A stretch of DNA of 32,488 bases from a virus (lineage: Duplodnaviria > Caudoviricetes). The notes beneath the pieces were generated by a model. That model was not told where the DNA came from and did not search any database. It saw only the letters and a program-made list of their open reading frames with translations. Positions 1 to 8,090 of the stretch are shown piece after piece; within the stretch, counting starts at the first letter, position 1; every line of letters starts with the position of its first letter. The translations under genes and the position numbers were made by a program. The stretch is taken from positions 1 through 32,488 of IMG/VR virus record IMGVR_UViG_3300049140_000190; one strand, given 5' to 3'.

Positions 1-261
1 TCAGGCATTGGTTACCTCCGGGTCGATGAGGTCCATTGCGTCGTGCCAGCCCAGGACGTACCGGGCAACGCGCTCTGGCTCGCCCAGGAGCAATCGTGGC
101 CCCATGACCCCGCGTCCCCCCTCCGCCAACTCGTGCGCTCCCTCCGCCAACACCTCGTTGACGAGCCGCTCCGCGCGGACGTAGTGCTCCTCGTAGCGCC
201 CGACGCTGGAGGTTGCCAGGGAGCCGGCCAGGGTGAGAATGAGTGCTTCGCGCTTGGTCAT
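1..261 (-). CDS. Hypothetical phage protein (86 aa, MTKREALIL...)
   Basis: ATG at 261 overlaps the upstream gene's stop (ATGA). Confidence 0.75.
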   Translation of the reverse strand: MTKREALILTLAGSLATSSVGRYEEHYVRAERLVNEVLAEGAHELAEGGRGVMGPRLLLGEPERVARYVLGWHDAMDLIDPEVTNA

Positions 262-815
262 GCGTCCATCTCCCACTTCGGCTCCTCCGTGGGCACGAAT
301 CGCGCGTTGTCCGGATAGCGCTCCCGGTGCTTGGGCGGGATCACGCCCTGATGCCAGAGATCCCGAGTCGTCACCCGTCGACCGTCGAAGAACTCGATGT
401 CGAAACGCCGCCCGCCGTGCCCCTTGAACCGGCCTCCCGGCTCGTCGTCGCCCAGGGTGAAGTGTTCGCCATTGACGACGACGCGACGGTCCGACGCACA
501 ATCGGCCGGCTGAAGCCAGATGTCCGGGTGCGGACTGTGCTGCGTCCAGAAGTCGTCTTTCGAGTCGACGGACTCCTCCACGGACACGGTGACCACGTAC
601 TTCCGGTCTGTACCGTCGTCCTGGTCCACGTCGAACGTCGCGCGGTAGGCCCGTCCGCCCACGCCATCGTCGGTGTACGCCCCCTCCGTCCGGCTGTGCG
701 CGCCAGGCTTGGGGAGGGCGTCACCCACGGCCAAGATGCCACGCCAGAGGGCGTCACGGACGACGTCGGACTCCAGGTCGGTCAGTGCGCGCTCAATGTC
801 CTTGTCGATGCTCAT
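258..815 (-). CDS. Hypothetical phage protein (185 aa, MSIDKDIER...)
   Basis: ATGA overlap with 812..1012; GGGAGG RBS; ordinary amino-acid composition. Confidence 0.8.
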   Translation of the reverse strand: MSIDKDIERALTDLESDVVRDALWRGILAVGDALPKPGAHSRTEGAYTDDGVGGRAYRATFDVDQDDGTDRKYVVTVSVEESVDSKDDFWTQHSPHPDIWLQPADCASDRRVVVNGEHFTLGDDEPGGRFKGHGGRRFDIEFFDGRRVTTRDLWHQGVIPPKHRERYPDNARFVPTEEPKWEMDA

Positions 816-1012
816 GCTGCGTCCTCCCACTCCACCGTCGTGTGCGCGTCCAGCTCCTCGTACAGCGCGTCGAGGTCGTCCTGATTCATGACGACCGTGG
901 CGACGGTCTCCCCCTTCGCGTTGCGGACGTGGAGGTCGTACTCCAGGCCCCGCGGGGTGACGTTGACCGTCGAGCCGTCGGCCGTGTGGATGGTGGTTCC
1001 GCCGTTGATCAT
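812..1012 (-). CDS. Hypothetical phage protein (66 aa)
   Basis: GAGGAG RBS before ATG; coupled to the downstream gene. Confidence 0.8.
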   Translation of the reverse strand: MINGGTTIHTADGSTVNVTPRGLEYDLHVRNAKGETVATVVMNQDDLDALYEELDAHTTVEWEDAA

Positions 1013-1041
1013 GTGCTTCTCCTCGTGTGTGGTCCTACGCC

Positions 1042-1073
1042 GAAAGCCCCCGGCGCCGTGGCAACCGGGGGCT
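1042..1073 (-). terminator. Intrinsic terminator-like hairpin
   Basis: AGCCCCCGG(1045-1053)/CCGGGGGCT(1065-1073) stem, followed by TTC on the minus strand. Confidence 0.65.
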
Positions 1074-1096
1074 AGGTGGTGCGTGTGTGGTTGGCG

Positions 1097-1174
1097 CTAC
1101 TTCGGCTTGTGACTCGACGCAAGCAGGAGGATCAGGGCAATCAGGATGACTACTCCGGCGCCTTCCATGCTCAT
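1097..1174 (-). CDS. Very small membrane peptide (MSMEGAGVVILIALILLLASSHKPK, 23-25 aa)
   Basis: Translated by hand; ATGA overlap with the upstream gene; GAGGAG RBS suits the ATG at 1168; one hydrophobic stretch. Confidence 0.55.
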   Translation of the reverse strand: MSMEGAGVVILIALILLLASSHKPK

Positions 1175-1365
1175 CTCCTCGTCGGGACGCGCAGGGCAGG
1201 GGCGGTGATCTTCGGGCCCGTGGGCTTCTTCAGCTTCGGGGCCTTGACGTCGAGTTCGACGCACGATGGCTGTCCGGTGTGGTCTTTGAAGTCGCAGGCC
1301 GCGAGCATGGCCAGAGCGGCGATGAGGGCCGGGACGAGGGCGACGTGTCGCGTAAGTCGTTTCAC
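1171..1365 (-). CDS. Small putative lipoprotein (64 aa)
   Basis: GTG start overlapping the upstream stop; basic N-terminus, hydrophobic core, lipobox LAAC. Confidence 0.7.
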   Translation of the reverse strand: MKRLTRHVALVPALIAALAMLAACDFKDHTGQPSCVELDVKAPKLKKPTGPKITAPALRVPTRR

Positions 1366-1366
1366 G
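1351..1366. promoter_or_regulatory. Operator-like 16-bp motif, copy 1 (CGTAAGTCGTTTCACG)
   Basis: Matches copies at 5011, 19252 and 21485; overlaps the start codon at 1365. Confidence 0.6.
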
Positions 1367-1589
1367 CGGCTGTCTCCCACGCGAACAGTTCCGTCAGGAA
1401 CTCGCCCGTCGTGGTGTCCCGGTACTCGTCGACGTACTTTCCGTAGATGTCGTAGACCACGATCTTGAAGGACGGGTCTTCGTAGGTGTACGAGGAGTAG
1501 TGGTAACCCTCGTCGTACTCGAAGGTGACTTCCCCTACCTCCTGCCCCAGCTTCTCCGCGAAGTAACGGCGTACTGCTTCCTTGAACAC
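1362..1589 (-). CDS. Hypothetical protein (75 aa, Tyr/Glu-rich)
   Basis: AGGAGGAGAGG RBS before GTG; GTGA coupling downstream. Confidence 0.8.
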   Translation of the reverse strand: MFKEAVRRYFAEKLGQEVGEVTFEYDEGYHYSSYTYEDPSFKIVVYDIYGKYVDEYRDTTTGEFLTELFAWETAA

Positions 1590-1613
1590 GTCGCCTCTCC
1601 TCCTGTGCATGCG

Positions 1614-1642
1614 AAGCGGGGCGCCCGATGTGGACGCCCCGC
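1614..1642 (-). terminator. Terminator-like hairpin
   Basis: GCGGGGCG(1616-1623)/CGCCCCGC(1635-1642) stem in an intergenic gap; weak U tail. Confidence 0.45.
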
Positions 1643-1656
1643 GTGTGTGACTGGTG

Positions 1657-1896
1657 CTACTTGCGGAAGAGCTTCCGGGCGTAGCCGATGACCATGTTCA
1701 GACCGATGACGAGAAGAACCGCCGTCCCGAAGCCGACGGCCGGCACAGCGACGACAATGCCGTGGATGGCGCCCAGTACGAGCATGAGGAGCCATGCCTC
1801 GAAGGGGATGACCGCCAGCATGCCGAGACAGGCGCCCGCGATGAGGGCGGCTCCGTCGGCAGTGGTTTCGACCTTGCGGCGCTTCGTGAAGTTCAC
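1657..1896 (-). CDS. Small membrane protein (79 aa, 2-3 TM segments)
   Basis: GTG start with GTGA overlap; long hydrophobic stretches; basic termini. Confidence 0.75.
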   Translation of the reverse strand: MNFTKRRKVETTADGAALIAGACLGMLAVIPFEAWLLMLVLGAIHGIVVAVPAVGFGTAVLLVIGLNMVIGYARKLFRK

Positions 1897-2405
1897 TCGC
1901 TCTCCCCCTTCAGTCGCGCGATCTCCCGCGCCTGGCTGACGATGACGGCCCGGAGTTCGTCGACGAGCTGAGCGCTCGTCTCGTCGGTCGGCGTCCACGT
2001 GTGCTCCGCCGTCGTGGTGTGCAAGACGATCGGCCCCAGCAACGCCTTCCGGAGTTGCTCGTCCCGCTCGCGCAGCTCGTCACGTTCCTTCACGACGCGC
2101 TCTGCGGCCCTGACCACTCGGTAGACGTTGGTGGCATCCCACTTCGAGCGCCCCACACTGACGTCGTCCAGGGCGACGCCCAGGTGACGCGCAGTGTCGT
2201 CGATAGCGGTCTTCAGCTCCGCACGGACGGGGTCGGCGTCAAGGATCTGTTCCCGCAGCTCGTTGAACTCTGCTTCAGAGACGATCACCCGGACAGCCTT
2301 CGGGAAGCGCCCTTCCCCGGGACGGGGGTGGAGTACCTCCATCTCGTACCCATCCGCCGGAAGGTCGATCCGGACACGACCGCTGATGCGGTGGTGAGCC
2401 CTCAC
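1893..2405 (-). CDS. Hypothetical protein with coiled-coil segments (170 aa)
   Basis: GTG at 2405 overlaps the exonuclease stop; GAGGAGG RBS; heptad-like E/R/L segments. Confidence 0.75.
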   Translation of the reverse strand: MRAHHRISGRVRIDLPADGYEMEVLHPRPGEGRFPKAVRVIVSEAEFNELREQILDADPVRAELKTAIDDTARHLGVALDDVSVGRSKWDATNVYRVVRAAERVVKERDELRERDEQLRKALLGPIVLHTTTAEHTWTPTDETSAQLVDELRAVIVSQAREIARLKGESE

Positions 2406-3205
2406 GCCGCCCTCCTCTGCGTGCCGGTGACGAACTCCCCGCCGGAGGCAATGGGCTTGCCGATGACCTTCTTCTTCCCTTCCTTCTCCCAGTCGAAGAC
2501 GCCGCGCAGGTGGAGGAAGGTGTCGAACACCGTCCGGTCGCACTTGACCGGATGCAGCGCCCAGCCCTCCGGGCGGACGTGGAGGGCGGCTCCGCCAGCC
2601 ATCTCCGGAACGTCGACCGATTCCCCCGTCTCCGCGACGATGATGCGGTCCGCGTAGCGGTAGGCGGAGAGCTGGAGGGCGACGCTGTCGTAGATCGCCT
2701 TCGAGGTCTTCCAGTCGAGGATGACGACTTCCCCGTCCACCTTCGCAATGGCGTCGAACGAGCCGGCGTACTGATGGGCGTCGCTCCAGACGGTCTCCTC
2801 CATGTAGAGGAACTCCGGCTGCACCTCCTGAAGGAACTCCCTGAACCACCGGACGTGGGGCTTCACGTCCATGTGGACGGACCGGTCGTTGACCGTCTCG
2901 CCCCGCGCCAGGCGCTCGAAGTAGTCGTGAGCGGCCGTGCCCAGGTCGCTCGCCGCACGTGACTTCCGTCGGTGGGCGTTCTTCAGGTAGTCGGTGGCGC
3001 CGGCCGGATCGCGCTGGATCAACTGGGAGACGATGTCCCAGTTGTCGACGGCTGCCTTTGCGGCTTCCTTCGCCGACCAGTACATCAGGTAATCCTTCGG
3101 GAGCATGCTCCCCACGGACGTCACGCCCGGGACCTTGATGTCACCGTCGTCCGGGTCGATGTAGAAGCGCGAGTCGCCGCGCTTGATCGTGCTCACTCCG
3201 GCCAC
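2402..3205 (-). CDS. PD-(D/E)XK exonuclease (Cas4/RecB/RecE-like phage nuclease), 267 aa
   Basis: Motifs VPGVTS, GTAAH, YAGSFD..ILDWKT, LQLSAY; GGAGG RBS. Confidence 0.88.
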   Translation of the reverse strand: MAGVSTIKRGDSRFYIDPDDGDIKVPGVTSVGSMLPKDYLMYWSAKEAAKAAVDNWDIVSQLIQRDPAGATDYLKNAHRRKSRAASDLGTAAHDYFERLARGETVNDRSVHMDVKPHVRWFREFLQEVQPEFLYMEETVWSDAHQYAGSFDAIAKVDGEVVILDWKTSKAIYDSVALQLSAYRYADRIIVAETGESVDVPEMAGGAALHVRPEGWALHPVKCDRTVFDTFLHLRGVFDWEKEGKKKVIGKPIASGGEFVTGTQRRAA

Positions 3206-3245
3206 GTGGCCTCCATGTGCTCGTCCGTCAGTGGCTTACACATGG

Positions 3246-3293
3246 GTTATGTCGTAATCGGAGCGGCATGTGACGCGGCCCGTCGAAGATCTT
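3246..3293 (-). promoter_or_regulatory. Three-box phage promoter-like motif, copy 1 (upstream of the exonuclease)
   Basis: GTTRTGTCGTAATC-N8-ATGTGACGC-N7-CGAAGATCTT, repeated with identical spacing at 6068-6115. Confidence 0.65.
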
Positions 3294-3320
3294 CCGCGCC
3301 CTCCTCCTCTGGCCAGACTG

Positions 3321-3413
3321 AGGCCAAAAATGCAAACTAACCCCTATTTTCAACTTCTCTCTAACGCGCATAGAGAGAAAGTGAAAGTAGGGGTTAGTTC
3401 GACACTTTGGCCT
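3321..3413. repeat. Long AT-rich inverted repeat (43-bp arms, 7-nt loop)
   Basis: Arm 3321-3363 vs reverse complement of 3371-3413: 35/43 identical without gaps; weaker symmetry extends to about 3301-3435. Confidence 0.9.
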
Positions 3414-3461
3414 GGAGTTTGACCCGAGGAGGGGGCGGAGGCTGGTCGACGGGGAGGCGGA

Positions 3462-4235
3462 TCAGCCCTCTGACCTGCGGCTTTTCAGATGACGACGCAG
3501 CCGGCGGACGGTGCGCTCCATCTCCGCAAGCTCCTCGTCGAGTTTGGCACGCTGCCCATCCGTCATGTGCCCGTCGATGACGTCGGTGTCGATCTGGCCG
3601 ACGATGGAGACCGCAACCTTCGCCAGGCGGAGGTGGTCGGCCGTCGCCTTGACGCCCGTACCGGGGCCGCCTCCCTGCGTGGGGACGATCTCCTCTGTAC
3701 TGCCCTTGGGCTTCTTCGCTGCCTGCGTCTTCCTCGGGGTGGACGCCTCCACCTCTGCCGCCACGCGCGTTGCGCGGAGGATCGTTGCGTCAGTGGCCCG
3801 TCGGTCCTGCTGACGCTCCAGCGGGGATGCGTCCTTCAGCTTCAACGCTTTTAGTTCGCGGGGCGTGAGGTGGCGACGGACCATGTTGCCGACGTGGTAC
3901 CGCACGTTCGCCTGTAGCCGCTTCAACTGATCCCTGTCGCGGATGTTGGCAGCGCTGTACACCTCTGCCGCGTCACGTCGGTAGTCACCCATCTGCCCAA
4001 GCCAGTCGTCATGCCGCTTCCGCAGGGCGAGGAGAACCACGGCAATGTTCTTCGCGAGTAGCTCCGGCTTGTGCTCAATGGCGGCGTACTCGCGAGCGTA
4101 GGCGGCACCACGAGCGATCAGTGCGGCCGTCTCTTCGTGCTCGATGGTTTCGAGGTCGAGGTCCTGGACGCTCGCAGCGTTGACGTGGGTCACAGCCGCA
4201 TCGTCACGCAGTCGGGCAACTTCCTTCGGGCTCAT
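3462..4235 (-). CDS. Putative immunity repressor / DNA-binding regulator (257 aa)
   Basis: GAGGAGAGG RBS; basic, helical protein between the dNMP kinase/holin and the exonuclease, where temperate Streptomyces phages place a phiC31 c-like repressor. Function inferred from gene order. Confidence 0.55.
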   Translation of the reverse strand: MSPKEVARLRDDAAVTHVNAASVQDLDLETIEHEETAALIARGAAYAREYAAIEHKPELLAKNIAVVLLALRKRHDDWLGQMGDYRRDAAEVYSAANIRDRDQLKRLQANVRYHVGNMVRRHLTPRELKALKLKDASPLERQQDRRATDATILRATRVAAEVEASTPRKTQAAKKPKGSTEEIVPTQGGGPGTGVKATADHLRLAKVAVSIVGQIDTDVIDGHMTDGQRAKLDEELAEMERTVRRLRRHLKSRRSEG

Positions 4236-4327
4236 CTCGACCTCTCCTTAGACGTAGCTCCGCCTAAGGCAGAGTACCGTGAAGCACTGACTTTAGGGAG
4301 ACCTTACCCCACGGTACTTTCCCTTGA

Positions 4328-4954
4328 TCACTCAGGCGCGAAATCCGTGTCGCATACGCCGCAGTGAATAGGGCCCTGCGCTGCGACGGTGCGGGATACG
4401 CGGAATCGTCGGGGCGGAGTGCACTTGCAGGCGTAGGTCAGTCGGTCGACTCGCCCCCTGTTCGACGTCGGAGGAAGCTCTAGGTGCGGGAGGACGAGCG
4501 GGATAGCTTCCTCCAGTTCCCGCAGGCTCTCGGCATACCGCTCCTTAGCGGCCGGCGTCAGAGTGGGTGTGTGGTAGCCCTTCCCTCTGACGCGTTTGGC
4601 GCCGTCGGGCCATTCGAGGCCCACCTCCTCCGCAGCCGCTAGGTAGTTCTGGTTGTGATAGACGCCGTGCATGGTCGTGTCGTCGACGCCCCTGCACCAG
4701 CACAGGAGGTGCGCAGCGTCGTGGAGGACGGTCTCCAGGACGACGTCAGGGCCCGCCTGGAGGATGTCCGCGGTTACGACGAGGCCCGACACGGCCCCGT
4801 CGTCGTCTCTCTTCCAGCGTTCAGGCCCGTGATCCTGAATGCGTGAGGTGGGCGAGATGATCGGGTGGATTGGTGGTAGCTCCGCTACCTCCGTCCTCAG
4901 TCGCTCCCACAGGGAGCTGAGGGCGGACAGTAGAGGGCCGGGTGAGGTCGGCAT
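4328..4954 (-). CDS. SprT-like zinc metalloprotease-fold protein with C-terminal Zn ribbon (about 208 aa)
   Basis: LETVLHDAAH...HNQNY (HExxH variant plus third His); C-terminal YACKC...HCGVC; probable leaderless ATG 7 nt after TATACT (4962-4967). Confidence 0.7.
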   Translation of the reverse strand: MPTSPGPLLSALSSLWERLRTEVAELPPIHPIISPTSRIQDHGPERWKRDDDGAVSGLVVTADILQAGPDVVLETVLHDAAHLLCWCRGVDDTTMHGVYHNQNYLAAAEEVGLEWPDGAKRVRGKGYHTPTLTPAAKERYAESLRELEEAIPLVLPHLELPPTSNRGRVDRLTYACKCTPPRRFRVSRTVAAQGPIHCGVCDTDFAPE

Positions 4955-5010
4955 GCCGCGGAGTATAGGTCTTATGTCGACCACCCCACCTCCCAAGCTT
5001 TAGCCAAGTG

Positions 5011-5026
5011 CGTGAGTCGTTTTACG
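5011..5026. promoter_or_regulatory. Operator-like 16-bp motif, copy 2 (CGTGAGTCGTTTTACG)
   Basis: Intergenic, upstream of the SprT/repressor genes; 19/20 identity of 5009-5028 to 19250-19269. Confidence 0.65.
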
Positions 5027-5118
5027 CGTACAAGGTGCATGAAAGCCCTCTCCGCCCGTGACCAAAGGAAGGGCTCGTGCGGTATTCGAACGCGGGTTTG
5101 AATAGCGGTGTTGCCCAC

Positions 5119-5158
5119 AAACGCAAAAAGCCCCCTGGCTCCGAAGAACCAGGGGGCT
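5119..5158 (-). terminator. Intrinsic terminator ending the late/lysis transcript
   Basis: Minus strand AGCCCCCTGGTTC-TTCG-GAGCCAGGGGGCT followed by TTTTGCGTTT. Confidence 0.9.
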
Positions 5159-5184
5159 CAGATGCTTGCCGTACTACTCAGGTG

Positions 5185-5430
5185 TCACTCCGTCGGCGTC
5201 ACCTTCCGTCGCGCGCTCTCACCCACGAGGAGTGGGAGAGCGACGACACCCACGGCTCCGACCGTCTCCGCCGTGCCGGCGTCGATGGCGGGGAAGACGA
5301 CGGCCAGGCCCAGGACGAGCGACGTCAGGGCCGCACGCAGACGCACGGGCTCCTGCGCGGCGAAGATCTGGAGGCGAATCAGACCGCGGAGGTAGAGGTG
5401 GTTGAGGTAGGTCCAGAGTCGAGTGAGCAT
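5185..5430 (-). CDS. Putative holin (81 aa, 2 TM)
   Basis: EPVRLR..two hydrophobic helices..ARRKVTP C-terminus typical of actinophage holins; GAAAGG RBS. Confidence 0.65.
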   Translation of the reverse strand: MLTRLWTYLNHLYLRGLIRLQIFAAQEPVRLRAALTSLVLGLAVVFPAIDAGTAETVGAVGVVALPLLVGESARRKVTPTE

Positions 5431-5443
5431 GAGTGCCTTTCGG

Positions 5444-6034
5444 TTAGAGGCGGTTGGCGTGGCGGGCGGATTCGGCGGCGTAGATGTTGTCGACGATGAA
5501 CTCCATGTCCTCGTGGAGGCCGTCGACCGTTCCGGCGTTGCGGACGTAGTACTTGGCGTCGTCCTCCGTCAGAGAGTTCTCCGACACGTGGTCCATCTGC
5601 GGAACCCCGGGGCGGTCGATGTAGACGAGGTGGAAGCCGGCTCGTCGCAGGCTTGCCGCCTCGTTGGGGTACCGGACGTCGGTGATGACCACGGGGACCC
5701 CGGCGTCGTTTGCCGCCATCACCTTCTTCATGGCGGCGCGGAGCCAGAAGTCCTCGTCGATGTCGCGGACGGCTGCTCCGAGTTCCTGGAGGAAGCGGCG
5801 GACTTCGGGGAACGCATCCTTTGCCCGCTCCCATCCGATCCGGGCAACGGTCTCCGCCAGTCGGGCGGTGACGTCCGCGCACGGGTCTTCCCACACAATC
5901 GGGTCCACCTTCAGCGCCGCTTCCTTCAGCGCGTCAGCGAAGCCGATCCTGCGGTACCCGCGGTTGTCGACGAGCCACTTACCGGCGGTGTCCTTGCCGA
6001 CCCTCGCGCGGCCGATGATGCCGATGTTCCCCAT
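5444..6034 (-). CDS. Deoxynucleoside monophosphate kinase
   Basis: P-loop IIGRARVGKDT, FADALKE, RRFLQELG, VITDVRYPNEA, HVSE motifs. Confidence 0.92.
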   Translation of the reverse strand: MGNIGIIGRARVGKDTAGKWLVDNRGYRRIGFADALKEAALKVDPIVWEDPCADVTARLAETVARIGWERAKDAFPEVRRFLQELGAAVRDIDEDFWLRAAMKKVMAANDAGVPVVITDVRYPNEAASLRRAGFHLVYIDRPGVPQMDHVSENSLTEDDAKYYVRNAGTVDGLHEDMEFIVDNIYAAESARHANRL

Positions 6035-6067
6035 GCGTCCTCATCCCCTCTGCATCCTGACACTGGA

Positions 6068-6115
6068 GTTGTGTCGTAATCCGGGGTGGATGTGACGCAG
6101 AGGGGCGAAGATCTT
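6068..6115 (-). promoter_or_regulatory. Three-box phage promoter-like motif, copy 2 (upstream of the dNMP kinase)
   Basis: Same three boxes as 3246-3293 at a constant offset of 2822 bp. Confidence 0.65.
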
Positions 6116-7777
6116 TCAGGACATGAGAAGCGGGAGGAGCTGATCAGCGATGAACTGATGACCGGCGTCGGAGGGGTGGACGATGTCCGCTCCCGCTGCC
6201 CCGGGGTTGGTTGCCGCCCCCCAGTAGCCCAGGTCGCTCCAATAGGCGTAGTTGTTGCGGCCCATCGGCCACATGTTGACGAGGGCCGCTCCGTACTCCT
6301 CCGCGATGCCTCGCGCTCTGGCGCAGTACTGCGAGTAGGGAGTGCCGGCGAACGATCCGCGGTGCTGTAGCAAGATCAGGAGATCCGTCGCACCCGTCCC
6401 GCTCCCCTTGATGGTGTTGAGCACCTGGTAGACGTTGTTCGACCATGTGTCGAGGGCGACGCTCTGATTGGCGTCGTTCAGCCCCAGGGAGTACACGACG
6501 AGGTCCGCCGGGTTGAGCGACCCTCCGTGCCACAGCGTGTTCCCGGTACCACTGACCGTGTAGTGGTCGGTGCGGACCCCGGAGCGTCCCGCGTTGTCGA
6601 CGACTATGCCCGTGTCGTGCTCCGCGCTGACGCCGATGAGCTGGAGTCGAGCGCCGCCAGATCCGTTGTAGGAGACGACCACCGTGTGGGCACCTGCGGC
6701 CAGTCCGGTGACTGTCGTCACCCTCGTCGACCCGGAGGAGAGACCCGGGTCAGGAACGGCGACGGGTGCGCCCCCGTCGATGCTGTACGTGTAGCCAGAG
6801 TTAGGCGTGTTGACACCGGCCAGGGTGAAAATCTTGACCGTCGAGCCGCGTACCTGGAACGTCGCACTGGCCGCAGCCGTCGCGTAGATGCTGGAGATGC
6901 CAGGGCCGTAATAGAGGTCGGTGTCCGTCCACGTACCGGTCGTCGAGATGATCGACGAGTTCGCCTGCCAGGCTGCGATGGCCTCCGGCTTCGCGCCGAC
7001 GATGGCTGCGGACCTGTTGACCGAGTAGAGCCCGGAGCCTCCGTCGCCGTATGCGGTCTGGAGCGCCGTCCGGACGACGCCCGGGAAACTCCGCGTGACG
7101 AGGTTGCTGACGTAGTAGCCCTTGGTCACGGAGTCACCCATGAAGATGATCTTCGCCTTGCCCGTGGCGGCTGCGTCCCTTTTTGCCCGCCAGTGCTCGC
7201 CCCAGCCGCGCGGGAGGTAGACGCCCTTGTCGGGCATCCTCCCCAGGGAGATTCCGGCCGTGGGCCATGTCCCGCCAGTCTTGGGGCCGTAGAGCGTCGG
7301 GTCCCCGGGCGTGGTGTCGACGTAGAAGTCTCCGTCGGCACCCTGCCCAACCGGGGCGCCGGAGCCACTCAGGATCTGCGTACCGTCCTCCCCGTCCGCC
7401 CCCGCGGGACCGGTTACGAGGACGTAGTCACCCTGCGCGGGGTCTGCGGGGGCGATGTCCGCCAGGTTGACGGCCGGCGTGGCGGAGGGGAGGACGATGG
7501 CGTAGGTCCGCTCAGGGGCCCGTGCCATCTTCTCCGTGACGGTGTAGGTCCAGTCCTCCGGCTGCATGCCGGGGACGTCGGTGGCTATCAGCGTCACCAG
7601 GAACGCGCCGTCCCCGTCCAGCGCCACCGTGGCAGCGCCCGCGCTGATGGTGTCAGCGTCGGGGAAGGTCAGGCGCGCGGGAGGTGTGAAGCTCACTGTC
7701 CCCGTCAGCGGCGAGCCGTCGGGACGGATGTAGCGGCCCGTGACGACTACCGTCGCGATGCCGTCGGGGATGGCCAT
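6116..7777 (-). CDS. Minor tail/fibre protein with C-terminal SGNH/GDSL hydrolase domain (553 aa)
   Basis: Baseplate-like N-terminus; short collagen-like GPAGADGEDG; SGNH blocks FMGDSVTKG, NAGRSG, LGLND, DIVHPS. Confidence 0.8.
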   Translation of the reverse strand: MAIPDGIATVVVTGRYIRPDGSPLTGTVSFTPPARLTFPDADTISAGAATVALDGDGAFLVTLIATDVPGMQPEDWTYTVTEKMARAPERTYAIVLPSATPAVNLADIAPADPAQGDYVLVTGPAGADGEDGTQILSGSGAPVGQGADGDFYVDTTPGDPTLYGPKTGGTWPTAGISLGRMPDKGVYLPRGWGEHWRAKRDAAATGKAKIIFMGDSVTKGYYVSNLVTRSFPGVVRTALQTAYGDGGSGLYSVNRSAAIVGAKPEAIAAWQANSSIISTTGTWTDTDLYYGPGISSIYATAAASATFQVRGSTVKIFTLAGVNTPNSGYTYSIDGGAPVAVPDPGLSSGSTRVTTVTGLAAGAHTVVVSYNGSGGARLQLIGVSAEHDTGIVVDNAGRSGVRTDHYTVSGTGNTLWHGGSLNPADLVVYSLGLNDANQSVALDTWSNNVYQVLNTIKGSGTGATDLLILLQHRGSFAGTPYSQYCARARGIAEEYGAALVNMWPMGRNNYAYWSDLGYWGAATNPGAAGADIVHPSDAGHQFIADQLLPLLMS

Positions 7778-8080
7778 TCAGTCTCCTCGTGTGTCGGGGC
7801 GACGTCCGATGAGCAGGTGTTCGGCGTCGTGGCCGGCCTGCCATTCGCGGACGCGGGCCAGGTTTTCGCGGACCTCGTCGAGGTCGTCGCGGACGTCTTC
7901 GATGCGGGCATTCAGTTGTGACCCGAGGGCCGTGACGGCTTCCGCCACGGCCTCCCGGGTGACGACCCCCTCCGCCTCCACAGCCCCGCGAGTGCGGCGG
8001 CTGATGAGGGGGACGGAGGCCGTCACAGCCGCCGCACCCATGACGCCCAGGGCGCCGATGATGGCGAGCAAGATCTCCAC
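7778..8080 (-). CDS. Membrane-anchored coiled-coil protein, lysis-cassette associated (100 aa)
   Basis: N-terminal TM helix then coiled coil; directly downstream of the endolysin. Confidence 0.75.
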   Translation of the reverse strand: MEILLAIIGALGVMGAAAVTASVPLISRRTRGAVEAEGVVTREAVAEAVTALGSQLNARIEDVRDDLDEVRENLARVREWQAGHDAEHLLIGRRPDTRGD

Positions 8081-8090
8081 TGCTAGCGCC

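Noticed and set aside
2402-3205. Cas4-like nuclease as a cas gene serving the mini-array
   Set aside because: It lacks the four-Cys Fe-S motif, lies about 28 kb away among early genes, and has no cas1/cas2 neighbours. It is a generic phage PD-(D/E)XK exonuclease.
3321-3413. Protelomerase (telRL) target of a linear plasmid prophage
   Set aside because: The centre is not a perfect palindrome (7-nt loop, mismatched arms) and no protelomerase is visible in the window.
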